Assembly: GCA_964390265.1 (NCBI GenBank)
Contig: CAYMHI010000002.1
Coordinates: forward strand, 4,254 to 68,253
Length of the DNA stretch: 64,000 bases
Reading direction: 5' to 3'
DNA from: an uncultured Candidatus Saccharibacteria bacterium
Lineage (GTDB): Bacteria; Patescibacteriota; Saccharimonadia; CAILAD01; BJGX01
This document shows, piece after piece, positions 1-8,961 of this stretch (the stretch's first letter is position 1; every line of letters begins with the position of its first letter). The translations under genes were made by a program, and so were the position numbers. Below the pieces are notes generated by a model. The model was not told where the DNA came from. It made no database searches and was given only the letters and a program-made list of their open reading frames with translations.

Positions 1-643
1 AACTATCACTATTGTCTAGAATTTTTTTTGTTTGACTTATTATTTTTTTAATACTAACCATATCTTGATGATTACTACTACTTAATATATCTTCTTCTGC
101 AAAATCTAAGCTAGCTGCTGAATGGGCAGACAAATCTAATAATGAACGCTTAATACTAGCTATATCTCTGGTTAATCCTCCGGCTAGCTGTCTGCTAGCA
201 AGCCGCATCATCTGCTCATTACCACTAGCTATCAACTCACCTACGGCTTCTGCTTGGGTTAGGTCTAATTTACCATTTAGATAGGCTCTTTTTGTAAATT
301 CACCAGGTAGAGCTAAAGTAGCTCCGGCAATCAGTGATAGATCGATTGTCTTTTGAGTAATTGCTGGCGATCCGTGTAAATGAATTTCAACTACATCTTC
401 ACCTGTATAAGAGTGTGGTGCTGGCATATAAACTAATAAGGCTTGGTCTATTTTTGACTTATTATCTATCAACCAACCAAGAGTAAGCTCGCGCGGTTTA
501 ATCGTTGCTCTTATAGCGGGTTGCCAAACACACTCGGCGATATTTAAGGCTTGCGGACCAGAAAAGCGCACTATACTAATAGCCGCCGGAGTATTAGCGG
601 TAGCTGGTGCAACAATAGTTTTTTTTGATATAGTTTTTTTCAT
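1..643 (-). CDS. mnmE: tRNA modification GTPase MnmE, N-terminal part (truncated by window edge)
   Basis: Reverse-strand ORF with ATG at 641-643 (not in the ORF track because it is truncated). Translation MKKTISKKTIVAPATANTPAAISIVRFSGPQ...YTGEDVVEIHLHGSPA matches the MnmE N-terminal domain. Its position next to jag-yidC-yidD-rnpA-rpmH fits the canonical origin-region gene order. Confidence 0.7.
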   Translation of the reverse strand, partial: MKKTISKKTIVAPATANTPAAISIVRFSGPQALNIAECVWQPAIRATIKPRELTLGWLIDNKSKIDQALLVYMPAPHSYTGEDVVEIHLHGSPAITQKTIDLSLIAGATLALPGEFTKRAYLNGKLDLTQAEAVGELIASGNEQMMRLASRQLAGGLTRDIASIKRSLLDLSAHSAASLDFAEEDILSSSNHQDMVSIKKIISQTKKILDNSDS

Positions 644-790
644 GTTTATAGACAGATAATTAGAATTTAATAGCTTGAGTGCAGTTAATAAGTTATTTTT
701 TGAGGTGCTCTAGCGAGGCGTATCTGTAATACGTTGAGCTGGTACCACAGAAAAAACTTTTTAAATGTGCCGAGATATAAATTCTAATAG

Positions 791-1231
791 CTAAGATTTT
801 TTAATTACTATAGATCTATTAGGGTCTTCACCGATACTTTCTGTAGTTAGTTCTGCAGTATCTGCTAACACCATATGTGCCTGGCGACGTTCAAATGAGT
901 TCATAGCTGGTAGTGTCTTAGGTTGTCCATAAGCCAAGACTTCCGCGGCAGCTTCTTCGGTAATTCTTTTTACTTTTGCTATACGCTCTTTTTTATAGCC
1001 CGCTACGTCAATAGCTACAAACTGACTATCAGGGTATTTACGTCGGCGTAAAGTATTAAAGATATACTGTAAGGATCGTAAATTCTCGCCACGTTTACCT
1101 ATTAAAAGCGCGTGGTTTTCAGTAGTAATTTCGAGCATGCTATTTTCTTCATCTAGCTCACAGGTAGCTTCAATACCCATATGCTGTAATAGCTCTTCAA
1201 GTAGTGATTTTGAGTCACTAAAGCTGTTCAT
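791..1231 (-). CDS. khpB: Jag/KhpB RNA-binding protein (KH + R3H)
   Basis: 146 aa; conserved position downstream of yidC; R3H-like C-terminus. Overlaps the yidC stop by 4 nt (1228-1231). Confidence 0.75.
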   Translation of the reverse strand: MNSFSDSKSLLEELLQHMGIEATCELDEENSMLEITTENHALLIGKRGENLRSLQYIFNTLRRRKYPDSQFVAIDVAGYKKERIAKVKRITEEAAAEVLAYGQPKTLPAMNSFERRQAHMVLADTAELTTESIGEDPNRSIVIKKS

Positions 1232-2031
1232 TTTTTACTCTTCTTTTTAGCTATTCCTTTAGTATTAGGAGAGGTTTTTTTAACAATTTTTACTTCCTCC
1301 ATCTCCTCTACCTCTCCACGCATTATTATATATTGCTGACCAATCGTCATGACATTAGTTACTGTCCAATAGAGAGGTAGAGCGGCGGGTAGTTTCCAAG
1401 CTATAAAGGTTGTTAAAAATGGGAAAAGATAATTCATCATAGCTGTTGCTTGAGCTTGTGAATCTTTGGCATCGGTTTTTTTAGGTGCAATCATTTTTAC
1501 TTGAATGTATTGAGTTATACCAGCAAGAATTGCTAAGAAGATGCTTGGTTGAGCCATATTTACTAATCCAAATAAACTAGGATTAAAACTACTTGGATTT
1601 TGTAACACAGATTGTATGTATGGCAAACTCTTTATTGGGGCATAAAGCAAATTAGCAATTGCGGCTGGGTCGTGAGTACTCTTTTGAAAGACAAAATATA
1701 GTGCAATAAGAAAAGGGAACTGAAGTAGAGCTGGTAGGCAGGCCGAGAATGGACTTATCTCTTTTTCTTTGTATAACTCCATAAGTAATTGAGATTCTTT
1801 TTGTTTATCACCACCAGCTTGTTTTTTGAGCTTGGCGATATCTGGAGCTAGAGCTTGCATCTTCTTTTGACTATGTAGTTGTTTGGCAGTAAGTGGCCAG
1901 AGAGCTAATCTAATAATAATAGTAAGTAAGATTACGCTCATACCAAAATCGTGGCCAGGTATAATGCCGTATATTAAGAAAAGTAAGTTCATTAAGGGCT
2001 GTACAAAGATAGTGGTTAGAATATTTAGCAT
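1228..2031 (-). CDS. yidC: membrane protein insertase YidC (short form)
   Basis: 267 aa polytopic membrane protein with a Lys-rich C-tail; conserved position between yidD and jag. Confidence 0.85.
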   Translation of the reverse strand: MLNILTTIFVQPLMNLLFLIYGIIPGHDFGMSVILLTIIIRLALWPLTAKQLHSQKKMQALAPDIAKLKKQAGGDKQKESQLLMELYKEKEISPFSACLPALLQFPFLIALYFVFQKSTHDPAAIANLLYAPIKSLPYIQSVLQNPSSFNPSLFGLVNMAQPSIFLAILAGITQYIQVKMIAPKKTDAKDSQAQATAMMNYLFPFLTTFIAWKLPAALPLYWTVTNVMTIGQQYIIMRGEVEEMEEVKIVKKTSPNTKGIAKKKSKK

Positions 2032-2291
2032 TATATATTTCCTCGGTTTTTAGTATTTTTAAAACTCATATCTACACTTGGTTCAACAAAAGGATTACAC
2101 TTAACAATCCTTTTAGCTCCTAATGCTAGCCCCTTTATTGATCCATTATGCTTAATTGCTAAGCGTGTATACTCGCTACAACTTGGGTAGTGTCGACAAT
2201 AGCCATAAGGATAGCGTGACCTAAACCAGCCATGATCTGGTGATAATGTTTTTTGATAAATCGTAATAGATTGAATAATAATTTTTTTCAT
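2031..2291 (-). CDS. yidD: membrane protein insertion efficiency factor YidD
   Basis: 86 aa; contains a YGYCRHYPSCSEY motif resembling the conserved YidD Cys-rich motif. Confidence 0.85.
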   Translation of the reverse strand: MKKIIIQSITIYQKTLSPDHGWFRSRYPYGYCRHYPSCSEYTRLAIKHNGSIKGLALGAKRIVKCNPFVEPSVDMSFKNTKNRGNI

Positions 2292-2307
2292 TAATTAGTA
2301 TTATATA

Positions 2308-2649
2308 TTAGCCAATTACAGATAGTTTCTTTAATCCGCTAATAATAGCGCTTTCAAGCTGTTTAGGGTTAAGAGTAGAAATATCTGTCTTTGCCGTAAC
2401 TATTATAGTATACCCAGGCTTTATCTTGCCAAAGTTTACTCTAATAGTCTCATATAAACGTCGTCTAATACGATTTCTATCTACCGCACGCTTAGATATT
2501 TTTTTTGGTGCAACCACAGCAAACCGACTATTGGGCGCCTGAACAGCCAAAGCTTTAATATAAAAGTCGGTATGATTATAGCTTTTTCCGTATTTATAGG
2601 TACGCGTAAAGTCAGTGGCTTTACTTAGGCGAAAACCACGAGCCAACAT
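2308..2649 (-). CDS. rnpA: RNase P protein component
   Basis: 113 aa basic protein containing RNRIRRRL; lies immediately downstream of rpmH. Confidence 0.85.
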   Translation of the reverse strand: MLARGFRLSKATDFTRTYKYGKSYNHTDFYIKALAVQAPNSRFAVVAPKKISKRAVDRNRIRRRLYETIRVNFGKIKPGYTIIVTAKTDISTLNPKQLESAIISGLKKLSVIG

Positions 2650-2655
2650 AGTATA

Positions 2656-2793
2656 TTACACAGCCGTACGGCTGCGACCCTTTAGTCTGCGTCGTTTAAG
2701 TACATTACGACCAGCTTTGGTAGACATTCTACTTAAGAAGCCATGTACTCTAGCTCGTCGACGCTTTTTTGGTTGAAAAGTTTTTTTACTCAT
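2656..2793 (-). CDS. rpmH: 50S ribosomal protein L34
   Basis: Hand-translated (below the track's ORF length cutoff): [45 protein letters not shown], the classic L34 sequence. Confidence 0.85.
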   Translation of the reverse strand: MSKKTFQPKKRRRARVHGFLSRMSTKAGRNVLKRRRLKGRSRTAV

Positions 2794-2947
2794 AACTCAA
2801 TATATTACAGCTAATATTGGCTTAAGTCAAGATATCCACCAGGTTTATCCACAATAACAACAGATGGTTGTTATTTTTGGTACTTGTTCGGTTGTGGAAA
2901 ACTTTGTAAAGCAGTATTATAAAAAGTAATCTAAAGGGTGAGTAAAT
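2794..2947. promoter_or_regulatory. rpmH-dnaA intergenic region with DnaA boxes (oriC part 1 / dnaA promoter region)
   Basis: Perfect TTATCCACA at 2846-2854; near-consensus boxes gaTATCCACc (2831-2840) and TGTGGAAAA. Confidence 0.5.
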
Positions 2948-4333
2948 GTGGATAAAAAAAATGTAGAGCTGTGGCAAGCAGCTCTGGGCAGATTAGAATT
3001 AAGCGTTTCTCCAGCTAGTTATAATACCTGGATAAAAACATTACAGTTTGGTGGTATTAAGCCACCAGTAGCTACTATATATACTCCAAATTTTATGTCT
3101 AAAAACTATGTAGAGCATACCTTTTATCAAAATTTACTCGATGCCCTCTCTCAAGCAAACCCACAAATTACTGAGCTTGAATTTGCGGTTAGTCACAACA
3201 CTAGTACTAAAAAAGATAAATACGCCGAGGCCAGTTTATTTGATCAGAGTAAAAAAACTAAAGAGCGAGAAACTTCACCTCAACCTACAACCAAACAAGT
3301 TAGTTCTACACCTGTGCAGACCGGTATTCAAGCTGGCTACACCTTCGAGACGTTTATTGTAGGTTCAAGTAACCGTTTAGCTTTTTCGGCCGCTCAGCTA
3401 GTAGTGGAGAAACCAGGAGTAGCTTATAACCCATTATTTTTGTACGGCCCAGCTGGTGTGGGTAAAACTCACTTAATGTGGGCGATTAGAAATGAGATTA
3501 CTAAGCTTCAGCCAGAATTTAGCTCGCACTACATTACTAGTGAAACTTTTACCAACGAATATGTTAACGCTATTAGAAGAGGTGAAGAATTTAGTAATAA
3601 ATACCGAGAAGTAGACTTGTTATTTGTAGATGATATGCAATTTATTGCCGGTAAAGAGAAGACTCAAGAGGAGTTCTTTCACACCTTTAATGCCTTACAT
3701 CAAAATGCTAAACAAATTGTACTCTGCTCAGATAGACCACCTAAAGAGATACCTACTCTTGAGGAGAGGTTGAGATCGAGATTTGAGTGGGGATTGGTGG
3801 CCGATATCAACCCGCCAGATCTTGAGACTCGTATAGCGATAGTATTAAACAAAGCGGCTCGACAAGACATAGTACTAGACGAACAGGTGGCGGAATACAT
3901 AGCTCAGTCTGTAGATAAAAACATCCGCGAACTAGAGGGTGCGCTCACTAAAATAATCGTACATTGTAAGGTTCATAATACACCTATGACACTAAGTGTA
4001 GCCCAAGAGGTTTTTGGTGAATTAGCCAACACAAAACCTCAATTAAGTGCTAATAGTGTAGTTGAAAAAACAGCCCGGTTTTACAATCTCACCCCGGCCG
4101 ATATTTTGGGCGTTAAGCGCGATAAAGAGATAGTGCTACCTCGTCAGATTACTATGTATATACTAAGAACTAATCTAAATCTTAGTTACCCAAGAATAGC
4201 CGCGCAACTAGGTGGTAAAGACCACACCACTATAATGCATGGTCAAAAGAAAATTGAAAAATTAATAAAAGAAGATAGTAGTTTTAAAAAAGAGATAAGT
4301 GAACTTAATGAGTTTATTAGCTCATCGAGATAA
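2948..4333 (+). CDS. dnaA: chromosomal replication initiator DnaA
   Basis: 461 aa, GTG start; Walker A GPAGVGKTHL; C-terminal DnaA-box binding helix (ILGVKRDKEIVLPRQITMYIL...DHTTIMH). Confidence 0.95.
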   Translation: MDKKNVELWQAALGRLELSVSPASYNTWIKTLQFGGIKPPVATIYTPNFMSKNYVEHTFYQNLLDALSQANPQITELEFAVSHNTSTKKDKYAEASLFDQSKKTKERETSPQPTTKQVSSTPVQTGIQAGYTFETFIVGSSNRLAFSAAQLVVEKPGVAYNPLFLYGPAGVGKTHLMWAIRNEITKLQPEFSSHYITSETFTNEYVNAIRRGEEFSNKYREVDLLFVDDMQFIAGKEKTQEEFFHTFNALHQNAKQIVLCSDRPPKEIPTLEERLRSRFEWGLVADINPPDLETRIAIVLNKAARQDIVLDEQVAEYIAQSVDKNIRELEGALTKIIVHCKVHNTPMTLSVAQEVFGELANTKPQLSANSVVEKTARFYNLTPADILGVKRDKEIVLPRQITMYILRTNLNLSYPRIAAQLGGKDHTTIMHGQKKIEKLIKEDSSFKKEISELNEFISSSR

Positions 4334-4616
4334 TTAGTATTGTGGATAACTATGTGTATAAGTTGTGCAAACTGTGTGTATATGGCCGGTATCTATACAC
4401 AACTCTTACACAAACAATCTGTGGTTTAAAACCTAGGGGTGGAAAAAGTCTAGTTATGCATAGTCTGTACCCCACTCAATCACAACCTTACACACAAAGC
4501 ACAAGAGTTATTTTTAAGCCTAGCATAAGTAAAATAATTGCTTATACCCACTATCCACAATACCTACTATTACTACTACTAAAGAATATATATAAATATG
4601 ATAAGATGAGGAGTAT
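4334..4616. promoter_or_regulatory. dnaA-dnaN intergenic oriC candidate (DnaA boxes plus AT-rich unwinding element)
   Basis: Perfect reverse box TGTGGATAA at 4341-4349; cTATCCACA at 4552-4560; several 7/9 boxes; AT-rich tract 4561-4616. The track ORF 4342..4620 here is judged spurious. Confidence 0.55.
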
Positions 4617-5717
4617 ATGAAACTTTCTGTATTACAAAGTAATTTAAATAAAGCATTAAGTGTTACTAGTAGATTAATTCAGACTAATAACAGCCTACCA
4701 GTACTAAGTAATGTATTATTACAAACCAAAGATGGTCGTCTAGAGCTACAAGCTACAAACTTAGAAATAGCTATTTCTTATAAGATTGGCGCCAAGATAG
4801 AAAAAACTGGTAGTCTAAGTGTCCCCGCTCGCCTGCTTAGTGATCTAATTAACACCCTGCCTAACGATAAAATACAATTAGTACAGGTCAAAGACAATCT
4901 AGAAATTCACACCAACCAGCTTAATTCAGTAATTAATGGTATAGCAGCTAGTGAGTTCCCTAAGATTCCTGAGGTTAAAACTACTAAGCAATTTAGTATT
5001 GCAGTTAATGATTTTGTAGACGGCTTAGAGTATGTGTTGCCAGCTGTTAGCCTAGATGAGTCGCGACCGGTATTAACTGGGGTGTATTGTAAGGTAGAAT
5101 CGTCAGTTTTAACTTTTGCCGCTACCGATAGTTACCGTTTAGCTCAATACACTATTTCTGGTGTTAAAATCGATGATATTGAAGTTATTATTCCCCACCG
5201 CACTATTCAAGAGCTAATTCGAATTATTAAAAGTGAATCTATTACTGAGTTAGATGTAGGTGTAAGTGCAACCGAGGTGGTATTTTCATCTAAAAACTTT
5301 ACACTCACCTCACAACTAATTGAAGGTAGTTACCCAGATTACACTAAGATAATTCCACCCAACTCTCAAACATCAGTAGTGATTAATAAAGATGATTTAC
5401 TCAGTGGCCTAAAAATCGCTAGTTTATTCTCTAAAGAAAATGCCAATACTATAAGCCTGGCGGTAGTAAAAAACGGTTTAACAATTCAGTCTCAGGGTGC
5501 GCAGGTAGGTACCAACGAATCTAAACTAGAAGCAAAAACCACCGGTAATAATAAAGAAATTAATCTTAACGCTCGCTATCTTATAGATACCTTATCGGTT
5601 ATTGATAGTAAGTCTATACTATTGTCTCTCAATGACAAGCTCGACCCATGCGTGGTTTCTGCTAATAATAAAAAATCTACCTCCAACATTCATATTATTA
5701 TGCCTTTACGGAGCTAA
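4617..5717 (+). CDS. dnaN: DNA polymerase III beta sliding clamp
   Basis: 366 aa with three-domain clamp-like layout; sits in the canonical position after dnaA. Confidence 0.9.
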   Translation: MKLSVLQSNLNKALSVTSRLIQTNNSLPVLSNVLLQTKDGRLELQATNLEIAISYKIGAKIEKTGSLSVPARLLSDLINTLPNDKIQLVQVKDNLEIHTNQLNSVINGIAASEFPKIPEVKTTKQFSIAVNDFVDGLEYVLPAVSLDESRPVLTGVYCKVESSVLTFAATDSYRLAQYTISGVKIDDIEVIIPHRTIQELIRIIKSESITELDVGVSATEVVFSSKNFTLTSQLIEGSYPDYTKIIPPNSQTSVVINKDDLLSGLKIASLFSKENANTISLAVVKNGLTIQSQGAQVGTNESKLEAKTTGNNKEINLNARYLIDTLSVIDSKSILLSLNDKLDPCVVSANNKKSTSNIHIIMPLRS

Positions 5718-5729
5718 AAGGTAAATTAA

Positions 5730-6782
5730 ATGATAACCCACCTGGCGCTCAAGCAATTTCGTAACCACGCCGCGCTCAATTTAGACTTCAACTCTAATTT
5801 AGTTGCTATTACCGGCCCAAATGCATCTGGTAAGACCAATATTCTAGAAGCTCTCTATATTAGCTCACTTACAAAGTCGTTTAAAAATACCGATAACAAA
5901 CTAGTTCTACATGGAAGTAATTTCTTCACTATAGATAAAGTAGATAATAACAATAATATACATATTAGATTTACCCAGACAGATCTTAGTCGCGCTAAGG
6001 CGCTCAAGGTAAACAAGGTAGCCAAACCTCTTTACTCTATTATTGGTCAGAGCCCAATTACGCTTTTTGAACCTAATGATCTGTATTTACTCACTGGTTT
6101 ACCATCATTGCGACGCAACTACCTAGATAAAATACTTTCACAAGTAGATAAGGCCTACCTACAAAACCTTAGGCTATACAAAAAAATAATTCATCACCGC
6201 AACAGCTTACTGAGGCGAGCTAAAAAGGAAAATGTTAGAAATATAGATGAACAATTGTTTGTATTAAATATTCAACTAGCTAAGCCGGGCTACTACCTTA
6301 CAAAGAAACGCCAAGAGTTTATTAGTAGCTTAGTAAAAAGCTTAAATAATTATTACCAATTAATAAGCGGTGAATCGGCCAAAATAGTAGTAGAATTTCA
6401 TGCGAGCGCTAGCTCTAGTCAAGATTTACTAAATAAAATAGAACTTGCTGTGCAAAAAGACAGGGCTTGCGGGTTTAGTACAGTGGGCCCGCACAAAGAA
6501 GATTTCAATGTATCACTGCGGGGTCATAACTTAACAGACTCTGCCTCGCGAGGAGAGCTTAGGAGCTTAGTGTTGGCCTGCAAGCTCTCAGAACTAGACT
6601 ATATAGAAAAGAAGCTCTCACGCCGCCCTACGTTACTACTAGACGATGTCTTAAGTGAGTTAGACGACAAACGTCAAAAGTTTTTACTAAGTAGTTTGAG
6701 TATGCAGCAGACTTTCTTAACTACCACCCACTTACCAGATAATTTAAAACTAAAATTTCAACATATTGAGTTACCACTATGA
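5730..6782 (+). CDS. recF: DNA replication/repair protein RecF
   Basis: 350 aa; Walker A GPNASGKTNILEA; an SMC-like signature; LLLDDVLSELD Walker B. Confidence 0.9.
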   Translation: MITHLALKQFRNHAALNLDFNSNLVAITGPNASGKTNILEALYISSLTKSFKNTDNKLVLHGSNFFTIDKVDNNNNIHIRFTQTDLSRAKALKVNKVAKPLYSIIGQSPITLFEPNDLYLLTGLPSLRRNYLDKILSQVDKAYLQNLRLYKKIIHHRNSLLRRAKKENVRNIDEQLFVLNIQLAKPGYYLTKKRQEFISSLVKSLNNYYQLISGESAKIVVEFHASASSSQDLLNKIELAVQKDRACGFSTVGPHKEDFNVSLRGHNLTDSASRGELRSLVLACKLSELDYIEKKLSRRPTLLLDDVLSELDDKRQKFLLSSLSMQQTFLTTTHLPDNLKLKFQHIELPL

Positions 6783-7054
6783 GCTTAGAACCAATACATA
6801 AAAAACTTATTAATAATAGATTTTCTACTGAAACCATAGTATTAAGAGATATTAAAGATATTATTTTTCAATTAACAAAAGTGGAGGCAGGGGTAAAATT
6901 ATCACCACCCTCTAAGCTGGTATTAAAAGTAGATAACGCATCAGCTGCTAGCGAAATTAGTTTGGTTAGCGACAGGGTTGTACTAAATATCAACAACTAC
7001 TTAGATTCTATAGCTATGCCGCGTATTGAAAAGCTGATTATTAAGCAAATTTAG
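6779..7054 (+). CDS. small protein after recF, possibly DUF721/DciA-like
   Basis: 91 aa; 4-nt overlap with the recF stop. Its position matches where DUF721 genes usually sit, but no sequence motif was verified. Confidence 0.3.
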   Translation: MSLEPIHKKLINNRFSTETIVLRDIKDIIFQLTKVEAGVKLSPPSKLVLKVDNASAASEISLVSDRVVLNINNYLDSIAMPRIEKLIIKQI

Positions 7055-7075
7055 TTAATCTAAATAAGTTAAATA

Positions 7076-7855
7076 TTAATCACCAGTCAAGTTATCTAGT
7101 TTTATTTTTGAACCTGGCGGAATACTATCTGAGTTTATTAGTTTTGCAAGTGTAGGATTATCGGCGGTTAAAACATAGCTTTTTCTATCCACTTTAGTAC
7201 TGGCAAGAAAATCACTGATAGACTTAGCAGTATATGCTATCTCACTTTCTGGATAAGGAGGAGTTAGGGTTGGATAAAACAAATCTTTAACTACTACAAC
7301 GGTATTAGTTTTACCATTACTATAGTTAATCTTACCCCCTACAATTGCGTAGTTTTGAGTATTATAGGGTAAAAAATTAGTTATAGTGTTAGTTGCTGGC
7401 TTAGGGTCGGTGTCTTCTATTTGTAGTTTCTGTTGTGCCTCAGTTAAGTCAGAAAATGGAATGTATTTAGTCTTAAAATTAATCTTAGTATTTTTTAATA
7501 CATCTCCTTTATTAGACACAATTTCTTTTATTGTAATTGTGTATCTTTGATTAATTTTCAAAGTATATAGTTTTAATATTAAAGTTTTTTTATCAACACT
7601 TATTCCACTTACTATAGAGTTGTTATTGCTATCACCCAAAGTAATTTTACTAGCATCAATTTCTTTATTAAAGTTAATATTTAACTGGGTTGATGATGAT
7701 GGGAAGTTTTGGTTAGCTTCAGGTAAAGTATCAACCAGCCTAAATTTTTCAAAAGATTCTCTATTAAAACTGTAAATTACTATTCCTATAAAAATTATAA
7801 CTATAGCCACTATAACCGATATTAAAATATATTTGTTCTCAAATAATTTATTCAT
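7076..7855 (-). CDS. bitopic membrane protein, T4SS-associated (VirB8-like topology?)
   Basis: 259 aa with an N-terminal TM helix (ILISVIVAIVIIFIGIVIY) and an extracytoplasmic domain. Its stop overlaps the start of the upstream hydrolase gene, suggesting the same operon. Confidence 0.4.
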   Translation of the reverse strand: MNKLFENKYILISVIVAIVIIFIGIVIYSFNRESFEKFRLVDTLPEANQNFPSSSTQLNINFNKEIDASKITLGDSNNNSIVSGISVDKKTLILKLYTLKINQRYTITIKEIVSNKGDVLKNTKINFKTKYIPFSDLTEAQQKLQIEDTDPKPATNTITNFLPYNTQNYAIVGGKINYSNGKTNTVVVVKDLFYPTLTPPYPESEIAYTAKSISDFLASTKVDRKSYVLTADNPTLAKLINSDSIPPGSKIKLDNLTGD

Positions 7856-8961
7856 TGTACCCTCATAAAACCGGTTAAGTATGGCGCATTAATACTATGG
7901 GTTGATTGTTTTACTTGGTCGCTTTCGTTACCGCCAATAGATGTGTATATACTTACACCATCATAACTAATTACTAAGTTAACATGACTTGGGTAGGGCG
8001 ATATACCTTCTTTGTAAATCGCCACATCACCGGGTTGTGGTTTGAAGCCCTGTTCGCCCTTTGGATGATAGAAGCCATTCTGAATAGCGTAATCTAATAT
8101 TCCTTGCGCTGAACCTATTACTCCATCACCACCACCTTTATTAAGTGGCTGACCGGCTTCATTAAATATATAACTTATAAAGAATGCGCACCAAGGATTA
8201 CTGCCACCACCAAACTTACTAGGGTCTTGTGCGCCACCATTCCAGGCTGCTAGTTCTCTTTTGGCAACATCAACTACCCCTGTATTTACAGTTGGTCCAG
8301 CATCATCACAAGCGTCGCTATTAGTAGAGTCTGGAGTAGTTGTAGGGGTTGTAGGTGCAGCACCCCCTGAAGCCTGTAAATACCTCGCGAAGTCTGGTGC
8401 ATCGTTATATAGTAATGGAATTTCCGCACCTTGGCCGGCATTAAAAGCCGCCACCACACTATTAGCATAGGCAATATCGGCCGCATTTGGATTATTTATA
8501 TTAGCCGGTTCATAATGGCTGACTGCTAGTTTGAAAACATCTTCACCTAATGTTCTTATTTTTGTAGCATATTCTATATAGGCCACAGCATCTTGCATAG
8601 CCTCAGGCGCATCTTTTGCACGTGCAAAAGGAATAGCAGGAGGATAAGCTTGTTTTACCGAGTTCCATGTACGGTTGACGTATTGGTATTTACCTGATGC
8701 TGTTGATTCTGGGTTTTGAGCTGTAGGATCACCACCACTTTCAACTGACATTATAGCTCTTAGAAGTTTATCTTCAAACCCACCACTAGCAGGAGTGGAC
8801 GTGCTTGTGCTAGAGCCACAATCGGTTTGATCGTACCAAAAACGCTTCTCTATCTCTAATCGCTGTTCTCTATTAAGTGCAAATGTTTGAAGTGGTATAG
8901 CTATAAACCCAACCACTATAAGTATTAAAAATGTTTGTATTATTCTTTTCATATCAACCAC
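7852..8961 (-). CDS. secreted peptidoglycan hydrolase with lytic transglycosylase (SLT) and CHAP domains (PrgK/TcpG/VirB1-like)
   Basis: 369 aa; N-terminal TM/signal. SLT-like block LLRAIMSVESGGDPTAQNP...SGKYQY. C-terminal CHAP domain with catalytic Cys (GGSNPWCAFFISYIF) and His (SHVNLV). Confidence 0.7.
   Translation of the reverse strand: MVDMKRIIQTFLILIVVGFIAIPLQTFALNREQRLEIEKRFWYDQTDCGSSTSTSTPASGGFEDKLLRAIMSVESGGDPTAQNPESTASGKYQYVNRTWNSVKQAYPPAIPFARAKDAPEAMQDAVAYIEYATKIRTLGEDVFKLAVSHYEPANINNPNAADIAYANSVVAAFNAGQGAEIPLLYNDAPDFARYLQASGGAAPTTPTTTPDSTNSDACDDAGPTVNTGVVDVAKRELAAWNGGAQDPSKFGGGSNPWCAFFISYIFNEAGQPLNKGGGDGVIGSAQGILDYAIQNGFYHPKGEQGFKPQPGDVAIYKEGISPYPSHVNLVISYDGVSIYTSIGGNESDQVKQSTHSINAPYLTGFMRVQ

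Noticed and set aside
4342-4620. 92-aa ORF in the dnaA-dnaN intergenic region
   Set aside because: Lies entirely within the DnaA-box and AT-rich oriC segment and has low-complexity composition. Judged a spurious ORF.
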